A stretch of 64,000 nucleotides of DNA, taken from positions 1-64,000 of IMG/VR virus record IMGVR_UViG_3300034117_002447; one strand, written 5' to 3'. Positions 8,613 to 18,341 of this stretch are shown one piece after another. Under the pieces are notes generated by a model. It did no database searches and was not told the DNA's origin. It worked only from the letters and a program-made list of their open reading frames with translations. The translations under genes and the position numbers were made by a program. Position 1 is the stretch's first letter; the number at the start of each line of letters is the position of its first letter.

Positions 8613-10634
8613 TTAGTTTTGTGCTTTTCTTTTAAGCATGTCTATGTAAGTATTTGAATAGCCTCTTAAGCTTTCGTGTACTTGATTTAACGACACATAA
8701 CCTTCTTTACCTTGGCTTTCGTTAATAGTGTTATTATTTATAATAGTCTCTGTTGCAATTCTTTCATTAATTCCTCTGAAGTCACGAGAATCCCAGAAAG
8801 ATTTAACTTGATATGCTGAATTAAGAACTAGTGTGTTTGCTTGAGCAGCAACCCAATTTCTTTCTCCTTCAGTCATACTTTCAAATACATTTTTGTAAGC
8901 AGCTGGCATAAATTTAATATAGTTAGGAGTGTTTTCAACCTGTTTGTTAAGAACTGCCTCCATGATATTAACTACCTCTTCTTCATTAAAGTAGATTGCT
9001 CCTCTAAGAGTTTCAACGATTGCGGTTTTAGTAGGTTGATCTAACTTGTAAAATGCTTGTTTACGGCCTTCGCTTAACAATTTTAAGAAAGGATATTTAC
9101 CTTCTAGAACTGCGTTTGCTGAATTAGATTTAATATGTGTTAAGATACCGTCTACTGCACCAACTAGGTCATCTACTGTAGAAGTTTCACTGATTTCAAA
9201 TTCAACACCTTCGTTTAATTTCTTAACTTCTCCAAGTAGAGAACGAGTCTTAGCTGTTGCTCCTGGAAGAACTTTTTCATTAAGTGATTCTGCGATATAC
9301 TCAGAGTATTTAATACCTTTATTTAAGTTTTCACCTAAGTAATCAGAATATTTAATAGCGGCTTCTAAGTTTTCAGCGATATAGTTAGAATAGTGGATTC
9401 CTTTTTCTGCATTTTCTCCAACGTATTCAGCGTATTGAATTCCTCTATCAACGTTCTCAGCTAAGTAATTAGTGTATTCGATAGTTTTTTCAACGTTTTC
9501 TGCAACGTATTCAGAGTAGTTAATGTTTTGGTTAACTTTTTCTCCTAAGTATTCAGAATACTGGATATTCTTTTCAACTTTTTCTCCTAAGTAGTCAGAA
9601 TAGTCAATAACATTATTAACTTTTTCTGCAACGTGCTCAGTGTAGTTGATACCTTTTCCTAACATTGCTGATAGGTAGTTAGAATATTCAACTAACTGCT
9701 CCATTTCACCTGCTAGGTAATTAACGTATTCTACCATTTTAGCAACTACTGGAGATTCACCAGCTGTGCTTTCGCTGATCTGCTTAAGACCTTTATTGTT
9801 TTTTGAAATACTCTCTTGTAAAGTTGAGAATTTCTTCTTAACCAATTCAGAGTATTGGTTCATTTCATCTTTTGTTACAAACTCATTAGCCATTTGCTGT
9901 GTATTATTTTGTTGGGTTGGAATTTCAGAATTATTTATTTTATAAATCTTTACAGAATCTGCAAAGTTGAAATTTTCAGAAATATCTGTTAGTTTGCTAG
10001 TTATAGCAGTTGTCTTTAGTGTATCCAATGATTCAAAGATAGAAGCAAAGTTACCTTGTAAACTTTCAGACACTTGACTTAATGATGCTTGAGAGAAACC
10101 AGGTTCTGCTACTAAATCATAAGTAAAGATTTTATGCAACTTAACTTTTCCGTTTTCAGAAACGTTACCTGCTGCTCTTGATGAAACTGCTGTTGTGCAA
10201 CCAGCTTCAACTAAGGTCTTAGCGATCTTTCCACAAGGAGTATCAAGAAGACGAAGTCTAATCTTTACGCTATTTGAACCTTCATCGTAAGTAAGTCCTT
10301 CTACTACGTGAGATACGTTAGCTAAAGAAACATCAAATTTTTGTGGGTGATCAAGTTCACCAAAGAGTCTGCGCTCTTCGATCTTCTTTTTTAGGTATTC
10401 TAGATGAGGTAAATACTCCTGTTTTTCGTAAACTCGATTATTCTCGTTCATTACTCCAAAAACAGCGGCAGTACCTTCAAGGATAATGTCGTTATCTTCT
10501 CTAGTTACAGTGACAGCTTCGTTGATTTTCTCAATAATGAATACTGAGTTGTCAGGAACAGATGTCTTGTTCAAACTTTGTATTTTAGGATTAGCCAATT
10601 GTATCAGACTTTTTTGATTATTTATACGCGCCAC
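8613..10634 (-). CDS. gp21: prohead protease fused to scaffold/core domain (gp21+gp22-like); true start probably TTG at 10598 or 10574
   Basis: N.NNRVY, GELDHP, VSH, VSSRAAG and TYDLVAEPGF protease motifs, followed by about eleven 14-aa helical repeats. TATAAATA at 10619-10626 lies inside the ORF-track 5' end. Confidence 0.9.
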   Translation of the reverse strand: MARINNQKSLIQLANPKIQSLNKTSVPDNSVFIIEKINEAVTVTREDNDIILEGTAAVFGVMNENNRVYEKQEYLPHLEYLKKKIEERRLFGELDHPQKFDVSLANVSHVVEGLTYDEGSNSVKIRLRLLDTPCGKIAKTLVEAGCTTAVSSRAAGNVSENGKVKLHKIFTYDLVAEPGFSQASLSQVSESLQGNFASIFESLDTLKTTAITSKLTDISENFNFADSVKIYKINNSEIPTQQNNTQQMANEFVTKDEMNQYSELVKKKFSTLQESISKNNKGLKQISESTAGESPVVAKMVEYVNYLAGEMEQLVEYSNYLSAMLGKGINYTEHVAEKVNNVIDYSDYLGEKVEKNIQYSEYLGEKVNQNINYSEYVAENVEKTIEYTNYLAENVDRGIQYAEYVGENAEKGIHYSNYIAENLEAAIKYSDYLGENLNKGIKYSEYIAESLNEKVLPGATAKTRSLLGEVKKLNEGVEFEISETSTVDDLVGAVDGILTHIKSNSANAVLEGKYPFLKLLSEGRKQAFYKLDQPTKTAIVETLRGAIYFNEEEVVNIMEAVLNKQVENTPNYIKFMPAAYKNVFESMTEGERNWVAAQANTLVLNSAYQVKSFWDSRDFRGINERIATETIINNNTINESQGKEGYVSLNQVHESLRGYSNTYIDMLKRKAQN
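10619..10626 (-). promoter_or_regulatory. late promoter TATAAATA for the head operon
   Basis: Exact T4 gp55 consensus. Confidence 0.75.
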
Positions 10635-10662
10635 CTGTCATACATGGTGAGCCGTACTAACA

Positions 10663-11568
10663 TTATTTATTAATGCTAATCAGTAAGTCTTTGAATTCCT
10701 TTAACTTTTCTTCACTTAATTTCGAAAAGTCCGGACGGTTCACAATTATTTTAAAGAGATGGCTTCCTCTTTTACCAAATGCGGATACGAGTCCTTGGTT
10801 GGGTATCTTAACTACTAAGTCACTAAGTGAATCCCGGTTAAATGATTTTATTCTGTACTTTTTACCCAATGGGCTCTCTAAAATGACTTCTTCATTAAAC
10901 AAAATATCATATAGGCTGATCTCAATCTCTTGAACTAGATCACTATCTTCAAGTTCAAGGCCCAGCATATCAACATTTATGCGAATAATTAAATCGCCAA
11001 CCACATTGCCTGCCCGCTTTCTGTTAAAGTAATCGACTTCCTCAGTTTCCTGACTGGACCCTCCTCCTCTGACTTTTAGGACTAAAAAATATTTACCGTT
11101 TTCAAAAGAAATTGGATAAGGGTTAATTGCTAAATTAACTTCTGCTCTAATTTGCTTGTCTTCGAACTTTAATGCACCGTCTTTTGACTTTTTTGATATC
11201 GGGTATCCAATATCAAATACCGAACCGTCCATTAATTCTTTGATGGTTGCCCATTTGTCAACAGTAACCGTTAAGTGCCTAAAGTCTTGAGTTCTTGCTC
11301 CAGAGAAAGAGAAATCATGAAACGACCCAAAGAATTCCGAATTAAATGAAGAATTTTTAGGTGCCCGGGCAGAATCGTATACTCGTTTCTTATCTTCTGA
11401 TCCAATATGTTCATACGCCTCAGCTACTTCTTTGAATTTTTCTTCAAATTCTTTACTTCCACCATTTTTGTCAGGGTGGTATTTAGAAGCAAGCTTTCTG
11501 TAAGCTTTCTTTATTTCAGCAGAGTCCGCTGTTTCGGGAACTTCGAGAATTTTATAATAATTTTTCAA
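10663..11568 (-). CDS. dnaJ: DnaJ-family co-chaperone (J domain plus C-terminal domain, no Zn finger)
   Basis: YYKILEV...[17 protein letters not shown] (HPD motif); GDLII and IPNQGL C-terminal motifs. Confidence 0.9.
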   Translation of the reverse strand: MKNYYKILEVPETADSAEIKKAYRKLASKYHPDKNGGSKEFEEKFKEVAEAYEHIGSEDKKRVYDSARAPKNSSFNSEFFGSFHDFSFSGARTQDFRHLTVTVDKWATIKELMDGSVFDIGYPISKKSKDGALKFEDKQIRAEVNLAINPYPISFENGKYFLVLKVRGGGSSQETEEVDYFNRKRAGNVVGDLIIRINVDMLGLELEDSDLVQEIEISLYDILFNEEVILESPLGKKYRIKSFNRDSLSDLVVKIPNQGLVSAFGKRGSHLFKIIVNRPDFSKLSEEKLKEFKDLLISINK

Positions 11569-11591
11569 ACGGTAAACCTGTCTTTTTGTTT

Positions 11592-11606
11592 CTAGTATAA
11601 TACTAG
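11592..11606. promoter_or_regulatory. palindromic divergent promoter/operator CTAGTAT-A-ATACTAG
   Basis: Contains the phage early-type motif TAGTATAATA on plus and TAGTATTATA on minus, between divergent dnaJ and the glycan operon. Confidence 0.55.
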
Positions 11607-11660
11607 AAATCGTTAGTTAGTTTACTTTCGATTAAATAACCTTATAAAAAATCAATTTAT

Positions 11661-14225
11661 GTGAAGCCCATTGCTTTTACCTATTACTCAAATGCAGTCT
11701 CCGATATTTTCTTAAAAAATGTGGAAACATTCCTCTACTATTCAGGAAAATACGACAGCCTAGTCATTTGCTCCGATATACCTTTGCCTAAAACCATAAT
11801 ATCGGCATTATGCGAAATTATTCAAGTGATTAAGATCTCCCCAAACGAGCAATCTATCTCGTTGAAGAAGAAATTTTCAAGTAATTCTAACCCAACTATA
11901 GTTAACCCTTTCATATTAACAGCACTTTCTTATTCAGAAGCATCGGATATTACTGTATTCGACCCCCATGTGTTTTTAATAAAGGATATAGACTTAACCA
12001 ATAATTCCAATCAATTTTTCTTTTCCCAGAACTCATTAATATCTACGAGCTTTTTTAAATTTAAGCCTTCTTCTGAGATTAGTCGGCTTGCTAATCAAAT
12101 TCTAATAAACCAGGATTATACTAACATATCAATAATCCAGGCCTTTAATTTCTTTATAACGAACTCACTAGCCTTTTCTGAAAAGTCGATACGGTCTGAT
12201 CTTTTTATCTTTACCAGACCTAGTGATGAAGTTGAATTAAAGGAAGATAAGATACTCGGCTTTGATTTTTTAAATTTAAGTAGGACTTCACATTTCAAGG
12301 AAATTTCCGGAATTAGAGATAATCATGTTGCCAAAAAGAAAAAGCAGCTACTTGCCTTTATCAAGAAAAAATACCAATACCTAGATCAGTCACTAGTTAC
12401 TGCTACTCAAAATAATGCAGCAGTTCCAATATCTTACGAAAACTTTAAAAAGTATTCAGACAAACTCACCAATACGGTACAGATCAATCTGATCTACACA
12501 AAACAGGTAGCTAATCACGCTAAGAATTTAGAAAAGACCCTAACCGAATTAGGGTTTATTGTAAAGTCTTCAATTAAATCTCCAGGTAGTGCTCTAAACC
12601 CAAATGACCCTAACTTGCATATCGTCATGTGCCCAAATGTATTCACGGATTTCCCAAAGAATTACATAGCCTACCAATTTGAACAAGCCCATTCAAGCTG
12701 GTTCACTAAAGATTACATACACAGGCTAAATTGTGCGATTGAAATATGGGATTATTCAGAATACAATATCAATTATTTCAAAGGAAAATTTGGAAGACCT
12801 CATATATTTGTACCAATCGGTCGAGTTGAACATGATGTTGATATAGTTAACCAAGCTAGAGATATAGATGTCCTGTTTTATGGAGAATACTCAGGCAGCA
12901 GTCGAAGAACTGAATTTCTAGATAGTATGAGAGAGCTTAGGTCCATCAAAGTAGTAGACGGATTTAGCGTACATAAGTTTGGATCAGATATCGTAGATAT
13001 TCTCAAGAGAACTAAAGTTGTACTAAATCACCACTACTACGATAATGGAAATCTTGAAGTAGTTAGAGTATATGAAGCCTTAAGCTACGGGTGTAAAGTC
13101 GTTTCCGAAGTTTCAGTTGATGATAATTACCACGATTTACCGATTTTAAGATATTCCAGTGTTACTGAAGCAGATCGGCTTCTAAAATTGGCACTAGCTG
13201 ATAATCAGGTTCGTGAATTTAACAAAAGTAATAAAGCTGTTATTAAATCAGCGATGAGTCGACTTGGTTTTAATATGCACAATCGAATTGCAGTATTTGC
13301 TCATTATGATGTCCTTAACCAGATCGACGATTATGTAGTTGACTATTTAACTAAACTTAGTAAATTTTGTGACAAAATAATATTTGTGTCTGACGGTAAC
13401 GTAAATCCTTCTGAGCTGGAAAAAATCTCTCATTTAATATCTGATAGTATATGTGGAAGGCACGGTGAATCAAACGATTTAGGTAGTTACAAGAGAGGTT
13501 TCAATTTAATAATTGAAAAGTACAAGTCTGACATTTCTAAAATTGATCAATTTCTTTTTGTTAATGATTCAGGTTATTGTGTGGGCGATCTAACTCCAGT
13601 CTTTGACACTATGACTGGTGCATCCGTTGATGCATGGGCACTATGTGATCATGCGCCCGACCCAAAACTAATAGAGGGCAAGTGCTATTTACAAAGTAAT
13701 TTTTTCTCAGTTAACCGAGCAGTATTTACGGCAAAACCGTTCTCTCAGTTTATGAACAGTATAACAGTTTCTCATAATAAATCAGAAATAGTTGACAAGT
13801 ATGAGCTAGGTTTATCTGAGATGTTAATTAAGAATGGTTATAGGACCGGTTGTTACATAAGCACAGTCAGTCTAGATGAGTACATTAGATCGAATGATAC
13901 TCAATTAACAACTGAGGTCCTTTCGCTACTTTCCGGAAATTATTCAGGCATAACTAGCGATATAATGTCAAGAATATTTCATTCAAAAATAGGAGGAGAC
14001 TATGTCTATTCTGATCATTTTTATACTCTACTAAAAATAGGATTTCCGTTAATTAAATGCTTAGCACTAGTTCCAAATCAGGAAACTGGCCCATATAATA
14101 AACTAATTGACTATTGGAAGCCGATCCTCATTTCTAAATTGGGATCAGCTCAAGTTAATCAAATGCTAACTCATATTTCTAGAATCGGTAAGACTCCGAA
14201 ATCACCTAACAAAAATATACGATAA
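11661..14225 (+). CDS. multidomain glycosyltransferase with C-terminal rhamnan synthesis F (RgpF)-like domain
   Basis: Middle DIDVLFYG...VVLNHHYY..GNLEVVRVYEALSYG (GT-B-like). C-terminal AVFAHYD...DDYVVDYL...NDLGSYKRG...FVNDS...LQSNFF (RgpF-like). Confidence 0.75.
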   Translation: MKPIAFTYYSNAVSDIFLKNVETFLYYSGKYDSLVICSDIPLPKTIISALCEIIQVIKISPNEQSISLKKKFSSNSNPTIVNPFILTALSYSEASDITVFDPHVFLIKDIDLTNNSNQFFFSQNSLISTSFFKFKPSSEISRLANQILINQDYTNISIIQAFNFFITNSLAFSEKSIRSDLFIFTRPSDEVELKEDKILGFDFLNLSRTSHFKEISGIRDNHVAKKKKQLLAFIKKKYQYLDQSLVTATQNNAAVPISYENFKKYSDKLTNTVQINLIYTKQVANHAKNLEKTLTELGFIVKSSIKSPGSALNPNDPNLHIVMCPNVFTDFPKNYIAYQFEQAHSSWFTKDYIHRLNCAIEIWDYSEYNINYFKGKFGRPHIFVPIGRVEHDVDIVNQARDIDVLFYGEYSGSSRRTEFLDSMRELRSIKVVDGFSVHKFGSDIVDILKRTKVVLNHHYYDNGNLEVVRVYEALSYGCKVVSEVSVDDNYHDLPILRYSSVTEADRLLKLALADNQVREFNKSNKAVIKSAMSRLGFNMHNRIAVFAHYDVLNQIDDYVVDYLTKLSKFCDKIIFVSDGNVNPSELEKISHLISDSICGRHGESNDLGSYKRGFNLIIEKYKSDISKIDQFLFVNDSGYCVGDLTPVFDTMTGASVDAWALCDHAPDPKLIEGKCYLQSNFFSVNRAVFTAKPFSQFMNSITVSHNKSEIVDKYELGLSEMLIKNGYRTGCYISTVSLDEYIRSNDTQLTTEVLSLLSGNYSGITSDIMSRIFHSKIGGDYVYSDHFYTLLKIGFPLIKCLALVPNQETGPYNKLIDYWKPILISKLGSAQVNQMLTHISRIGKTPKSPNKNIR

Positions 14226-14228
14226 TAA

Positions 14229-14978
14229 ATGAAACTTGCCATTTTTGCAATAGCATTAGACGAGGAGAGGTATTTAGCTGAATGGCTAGACTACCACAAG
14301 AGATTAGGAGTTACTGACTTTGTCATTTACGATAATTCAGCAAATAACAAACTACGAGACTTTGCCTCAGACTCAGTTAAGATCATCTATTTTCCTGGAA
14401 AAGGGATGCAAATTCCAGCATATAATAATTTTCTAGAAAATTTTGCTAGCGACTTTGACTATGCAATGGCACTCGATATTGATGAGTTTTTAGTAATTCA
14501 TAATGATTTATCAATTAACGAATTCATTCAAACCTACTTAACTTCAGCTGGTGTAGTAATCCATTGGCGATTCTTTGGGTCAAACGGTCATATTCGTTAC
14601 TCAGATCGACCAGTCTTGGAGAGATTCATTAAATGCCAAGACGATTGCTCTGACCATTTCAAAACAATCATCGACTGTAAAAAAGTAGTTAGGTATACAA
14701 ATCCTCACATGCCTGATTTGACAGTCGACGGTGAAATATTCGAGTTAACTGGTGAATTAGTAACAGGTCATGCGAGTCAAATAAATACAACTAGTATTGC
14801 ACAAATCAACCATTATTTTTGTAAATCATGGGAAGAATTCAACTGGAAGATCAATCGAGGCCGCATAACTCTCAATGTTGAACCTAGATCAACTGACGAT
14901 TTCTTTTGGGCGAATAGAAATGACGGTGTAGACAAGTCGGCTCTAAACTTAATAACTAATAAAAAAACTACAAAATAA
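14229..14978 (+). CDS. glycosyltransferase (GT2/GT92-like)
   Basis: DEERYLAEWLDYHKRLGV..FVIYDNS, DIDEF, W..FGSNG, K.I and INHY motifs. Confidence 0.85.
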   Translation: MKLAIFAIALDEERYLAEWLDYHKRLGVTDFVIYDNSANNKLRDFASDSVKIIYFPGKGMQIPAYNNFLENFASDFDYAMALDIDEFLVIHNDLSINEFIQTYLTSAGVVIHWRFFGSNGHIRYSDRPVLERFIKCQDDCSDHFKTIIDCKKVVRYTNPHMPDLTVDGEIFELTGELVTGHASQINTTSIAQINHYFCKSWEEFNWKINRGRITLNVEPRSTDDFFWANRNDGVDKSALNLITNKKTTK

Positions 14979-14980
14979 TA

Positions 14981-15619
14981 ATGTATTTACCAGTACCTTA
15001 CAAAGTTCAGTATGACACACAAAAATTTCCATTTAAGGAAATCGTCGAGTCAATTCTAGAAGTTGATAATCTATCTGAACTGCACAAATTAAAAGACTAC
15101 CTTTTCTTTTCTAGAGAAATGGATCAATCTACTGATTGGCACAAAGCTTATTACTCAAAATTCAGTGAGTTGTTTTACCCAACGTACGTTGAATTAGTTA
15201 AAGAATTAGCGAACTCATTCGAGTATGAATCAATCATTTATCAAAAAATCCCAACGTTTAGAACCCAACTCGTTAATAATTTAGCAGTCGGCGAATGGCA
15301 CAGGGACCGAGCATACAATCACGGAACTTCTGAAGTTAACTTTTGGATGCCATTTACTGATACTAACGAGACCAATACTATTTGGATGGAAAGTTCTGAA
15401 GGAAAGGAAGATTTCATGCCGTATACTGTAAAATACGGAGAAATTTTAGTATTTAATGGAGCTAATCTACTTCATGGAAATAAAACAAACACCTCTGACT
15501 CTACTCGAGTATCAGTTGACTTTAGATTAGTTGATCCAGCTAAATTTATTCCAACTAAAGCAGGCTCAATTAACATGAATTCGTCTTTTGAAGTAGGCGG
15601 ATATTTTGAAAAACTTTAA
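14981..15619 (+). CDS. StrG/PhyH-like 2OG-Fe(II) oxygenase
   Basis: YQ..PTFR, WHRD (HxD), NFWMPFT, LHGN..N.S..TRVS.DFR. Confidence 0.75.
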   Translation: MYLPVPYKVQYDTQKFPFKEIVESILEVDNLSELHKLKDYLFFSREMDQSTDWHKAYYSKFSELFYPTYVELVKELANSFEYESIIYQKIPTFRTQLVNNLAVGEWHRDRAYNHGTSEVNFWMPFTDTNETNTIWMESSEGKEDFMPYTVKYGEILVFNGANLLHGNKTNTSDSTRVSVDFRLVDPAKFIPTKAGSINMNSSFEVGGYFEKL

Positions 15620-15621
15620 TT

Positions 15622-16458
15622 ATGAAATTATCAGCAGGATACGTTGTCTTTGACGGACTAGAGACACTAGAGCAATCAATACGCTCAATCCGAGAATCAG
15701 TTGACCTTGTTCTCGTGTCATATCAAACTGTTTCTTGGGGAAACACTGAGTGTTCTCCTAACCTAGTTCCAATGTTAGAGAGACTCAAGAAGAAAGGATT
15801 AATTGACGCCATAATAGTATTCACAGACTTTGTACCATCATCCCTAACCACTGCTGAAGATGTGCTGAGAGCTAAGGTTTATGAGTGCAATAAACGTCAA
15901 AGCCTATTGGAAAAATCTCTTGAATTAGGAGCAACCCATTATCTTTCAATGGACGCGGATGAATTCTATGTTAAAGACGAATTTGACGAAGCTAAGCGAC
16001 AAATCATTGATAATAATTTACATGCGACTGCGGTTAAGTACATAAATTACGTAACGCCAACTCTACACCAAGGGTACTCCAAGTTTAAGGTCCCATTTAT
16101 CTACAAGATAGGATCGGCCAGTAGGCATCATTCAGTGCAATTCATGTTTTCTGATATAGACCCTACTCGCGGAATAGCGGATGACTCATACGAAAGATCG
16201 CGAGTATTTGACCCAGGAGTTATAACGATGCATCACATGGAAATGGTCAGAGAAGACTTGCTTGGAAAATACCAAGCGTCAAGTCGATATTTTAGAAATA
16301 GACAACAGTTACCTACTTTATCAGAAGATATTGACCGTGCTAAGAGCACCGGTAAACTTACCTATAATGCAATCCATTTCGGAGATGCAATTAGTCACTT
16401 AAATACTGAGCTTGAATTAGTTAAATGTGAAGATCAATTTGGATTAACGCCCAATTGA
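15622..16458 (+). CDS. GT-A fold glycosyltransferase-like protein
   Basis: Y.VFDGLE.LE.SIRSIR N-terminus, MDADEFY DxD motif, MHHM. Confidence 0.7.
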   Translation: MKLSAGYVVFDGLETLEQSIRSIRESVDLVLVSYQTVSWGNTECSPNLVPMLERLKKKGLIDAIIVFTDFVPSSLTTAEDVLRAKVYECNKRQSLLEKSLELGATHYLSMDADEFYVKDEFDEAKRQIIDNNLHATAVKYINYVTPTLHQGYSKFKVPFIYKIGSASRHHSVQFMFSDIDPTRGIADDSYERSRVFDPGVITMHHMEMVREDLLGKYQASSRYFRNRQQLPTLSEDIDRAKSTGKLTYNAIHFGDAISHLNTELELVKCEDQFGLTPN

Positions 16459-17244
16459 TACGGTTTCAGATAGGATCTGATCTTTCATGTTATTAATTAG
16501 AGATTGAGCTGCCGCTCCAGTAGAAGGCATTTTAGCATCAACCATTGCAGCTAATCCCATAAGAGCTGCAAACATTGAATCACCCATCACTGCACTTTCA
16601 ACAACATTTGACGAACCCAATCGGGTAGTCTTTCCATCTACGTGAACTGTTTGTGCGCTTGTTTTAATTGAATTGGAAATAACGTTAACTTGAGACTGGC
16701 TCATTACTGTGATTACGTTTCCATCTAATTCAACTGAGGAAAGGCCGTCTTTGTGATACAATTCAATTTTTGAATTTTGATCAATATTTAGGTAAGAGTC
16801 TTTCATTTCAAGAGTTAACCCTCGACCTTTATTAAACCAGAATTTTATCTGCTCATCTCCATCAAATAGGATATAGTGAGCTCCTTCGTACTCGTATTCT
16901 GTACTCTTCTTAAGCTCTTCCTTAATATCGTCGCCTATTTCCTGAACCTGTTCGTACTCTGGCGAATATAAGTCACCATTATTAAATCTCACATTAACAA
17001 TCGCTCCCTTTTTAGGAATTGATATTGATCCAGCCTTTGCGTCCTGCCCGAAAAATGCGGGCTTTTGAGATTGAACTGCCCATGGAATATCTTCAACTGG
17101 CAACGTATCAAATAGGCTAAATACTTTAACTTTACAGCGACCTTCTCTTAGAGGATCAGTCACATCAACGACTTCTCCTAAATACTTAGTAGTTAGGCGA
17201 TCCGACCCAGTAGGATCCTTCATTATATCGTGATTTGGATTCAT
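16444..17244 (-). CDS. gp5: baseplate hub/spike protein (gp5/VgrG-like OB fold)
   Basis: YLGEVVDVTDPLREGRCKVKV...DIPWA...IP..GA.V.V.F..GD...P; beta-helix-like C-terminus. Confidence 0.85.
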   Translation of the reverse strand: MNPNHDIMKDPTGSDRLTTKYLGEVVDVTDPLREGRCKVKVFSLFDTLPVEDIPWAVQSQKPAFFGQDAKAGSISIPKKGAIVNVRFNNGDLYSPEYEQVQEIGDDIKEELKKSTEYEYEGAHYILFDGDEQIKFWFNKGRGLTLEMKDSYLNIDQNSKIELYHKDGLSSVELDGNVITVMSQSQVNVISNSIKTSAQTVHVDGKTTRLGSSNVVESAVMGDSMFAALMGLAAMVDAKMPSTGAAAQSLINNMKDQILSETVSIGR

Positions 17245-17259
17245 TCGCTATTCTATATT

Positions 17260-18339
17260 TTATGGATAAACATCCCCCAATGAACCATCTGATACATTTG
17301 GTTTTACATCTGATCCTGGGTAAGTGTCATCTCCTACAGTCTGTCCTCCAACCGGCCCAACTGGCGATCTTCGCCCGAATACCTGATTAGTTGAAAGTAC
17401 TTCATTTGTTCTATTATACACATTTTGCGATAATGCGGTTTCAAGTCTAGTCTGTAATTGGTTAGTTAAGTCGCCTATTAATCTTGCAGGTAGACTTGCT
17501 GCACTTGATAAAAAGCGCTGAGCTCTTCCTTCTAGGCTATTTGCTAAACCTGAGAAAATACCAAGAGACTGATAATCAGATTGAGCTGAAGATTCTGATT
17601 CTTCGGTTACCCATCCAGCTTTAATCTTAAATGAAGTGTTAAATGGCTGATCTTGAGTGAACGCCTTCATTTCAAGCGAGGTTGGGCCGCTCATAAATCC
17701 ATCAAAATCAAACTCACAACGACTTAGTCTGTACTTTAACTGCTGTACTCCACTTTCTAAGCGGCCGTTATCATCCCTAATATCTCTTATTTCAAATAGA
17801 GTAATTGTCATGTCAAATGTTCTTAAGTTATCCGGAAGAGTATACGCTAATTTATCCTGATCGTATATAGCTCGTCTATAATTTTCTGCAAACTTAAGTA
17901 ATGGTTGCTGTATAGAATCAATGCAGTTAATTGTGATTTCAGCCTTTTTATTACCCTCCTTTATTCTACTTGCTGCTTTCCATAATGAATCTATTCCTGC
18001 TATTGACTGAAAATACCATGGAGAATTCTGTAGTAGTTGTAAATTAGCCTGCGCCGAGGTTAAGTGATGAGCGTATGCCCTTGTCCACGGCGAATCGTAT
18101 GCAGTTAAGAAGTCAATTGCTGACCATTCTACTACATTGTATGTATTTATTGTTTTATCAGTATTAGGATTTGCAAATAACTGGTCCCAATACAGAGCCA
18201 TTTCTCCATCATTTGAATATTTAGGTGGAAAAAAATCAATATCAAAAGTCAAGAATACTGGATCCTGAATATCGTATATGGAACTCTTTACGAACTGTTT
18301 CCATCTTCTTGGGCCGTTTGTTTTAAATTCTACTGCCAT
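17260..18339 (-). CDS. putative baseplate/tail tube-like protein
   Basis: Baseplate operon context; PWYFQSI.G motif and tube-like beta pattern. Confidence 0.5.
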   Translation of the reverse strand: MAVEFKTNGPRRWKQFVKSSIYDIQDPVFLTFDIDFFPPKYSNDGEMALYWDQLFANPNTDKTINTYNVVEWSAIDFLTAYDSPWTRAYAHHLTSAQANLQLLQNSPWYFQSIAGIDSLWKAASRIKEGNKKAEITINCIDSIQQPLLKFAENYRRAIYDQDKLAYTLPDNLRTFDMTITLFEIRDIRDDNGRLESGVQQLKYRLSRCEFDFDGFMSGPTSLEMKAFTQDQPFNTSFKIKAGWVTEESESSAQSDYQSLGIFSGLANSLEGRAQRFLSSAASLPARLIGDLTNQLQTRLETALSQNVYNRTNEVLSTNQVFGRRSPVGPVGGQTVGDDTYPGSDVKPNVSDGSLGDVYP

Positions 18340-18341
18340 AA

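Noticed and set aside
6443-9700. CRISPR array or DGR repeats
   Set aside because: The repeats are in-frame, degenerate protein repeats (19-aa and 14-aa units) without unique spacers or adenine-specific divergence; no cas or RT genes.
10599-10634. ORF-track GTG start of the protease gene
   Set aside because: It lies upstream of and overlaps the TATAAATA late promoter, so a downstream TTG is more plausible.
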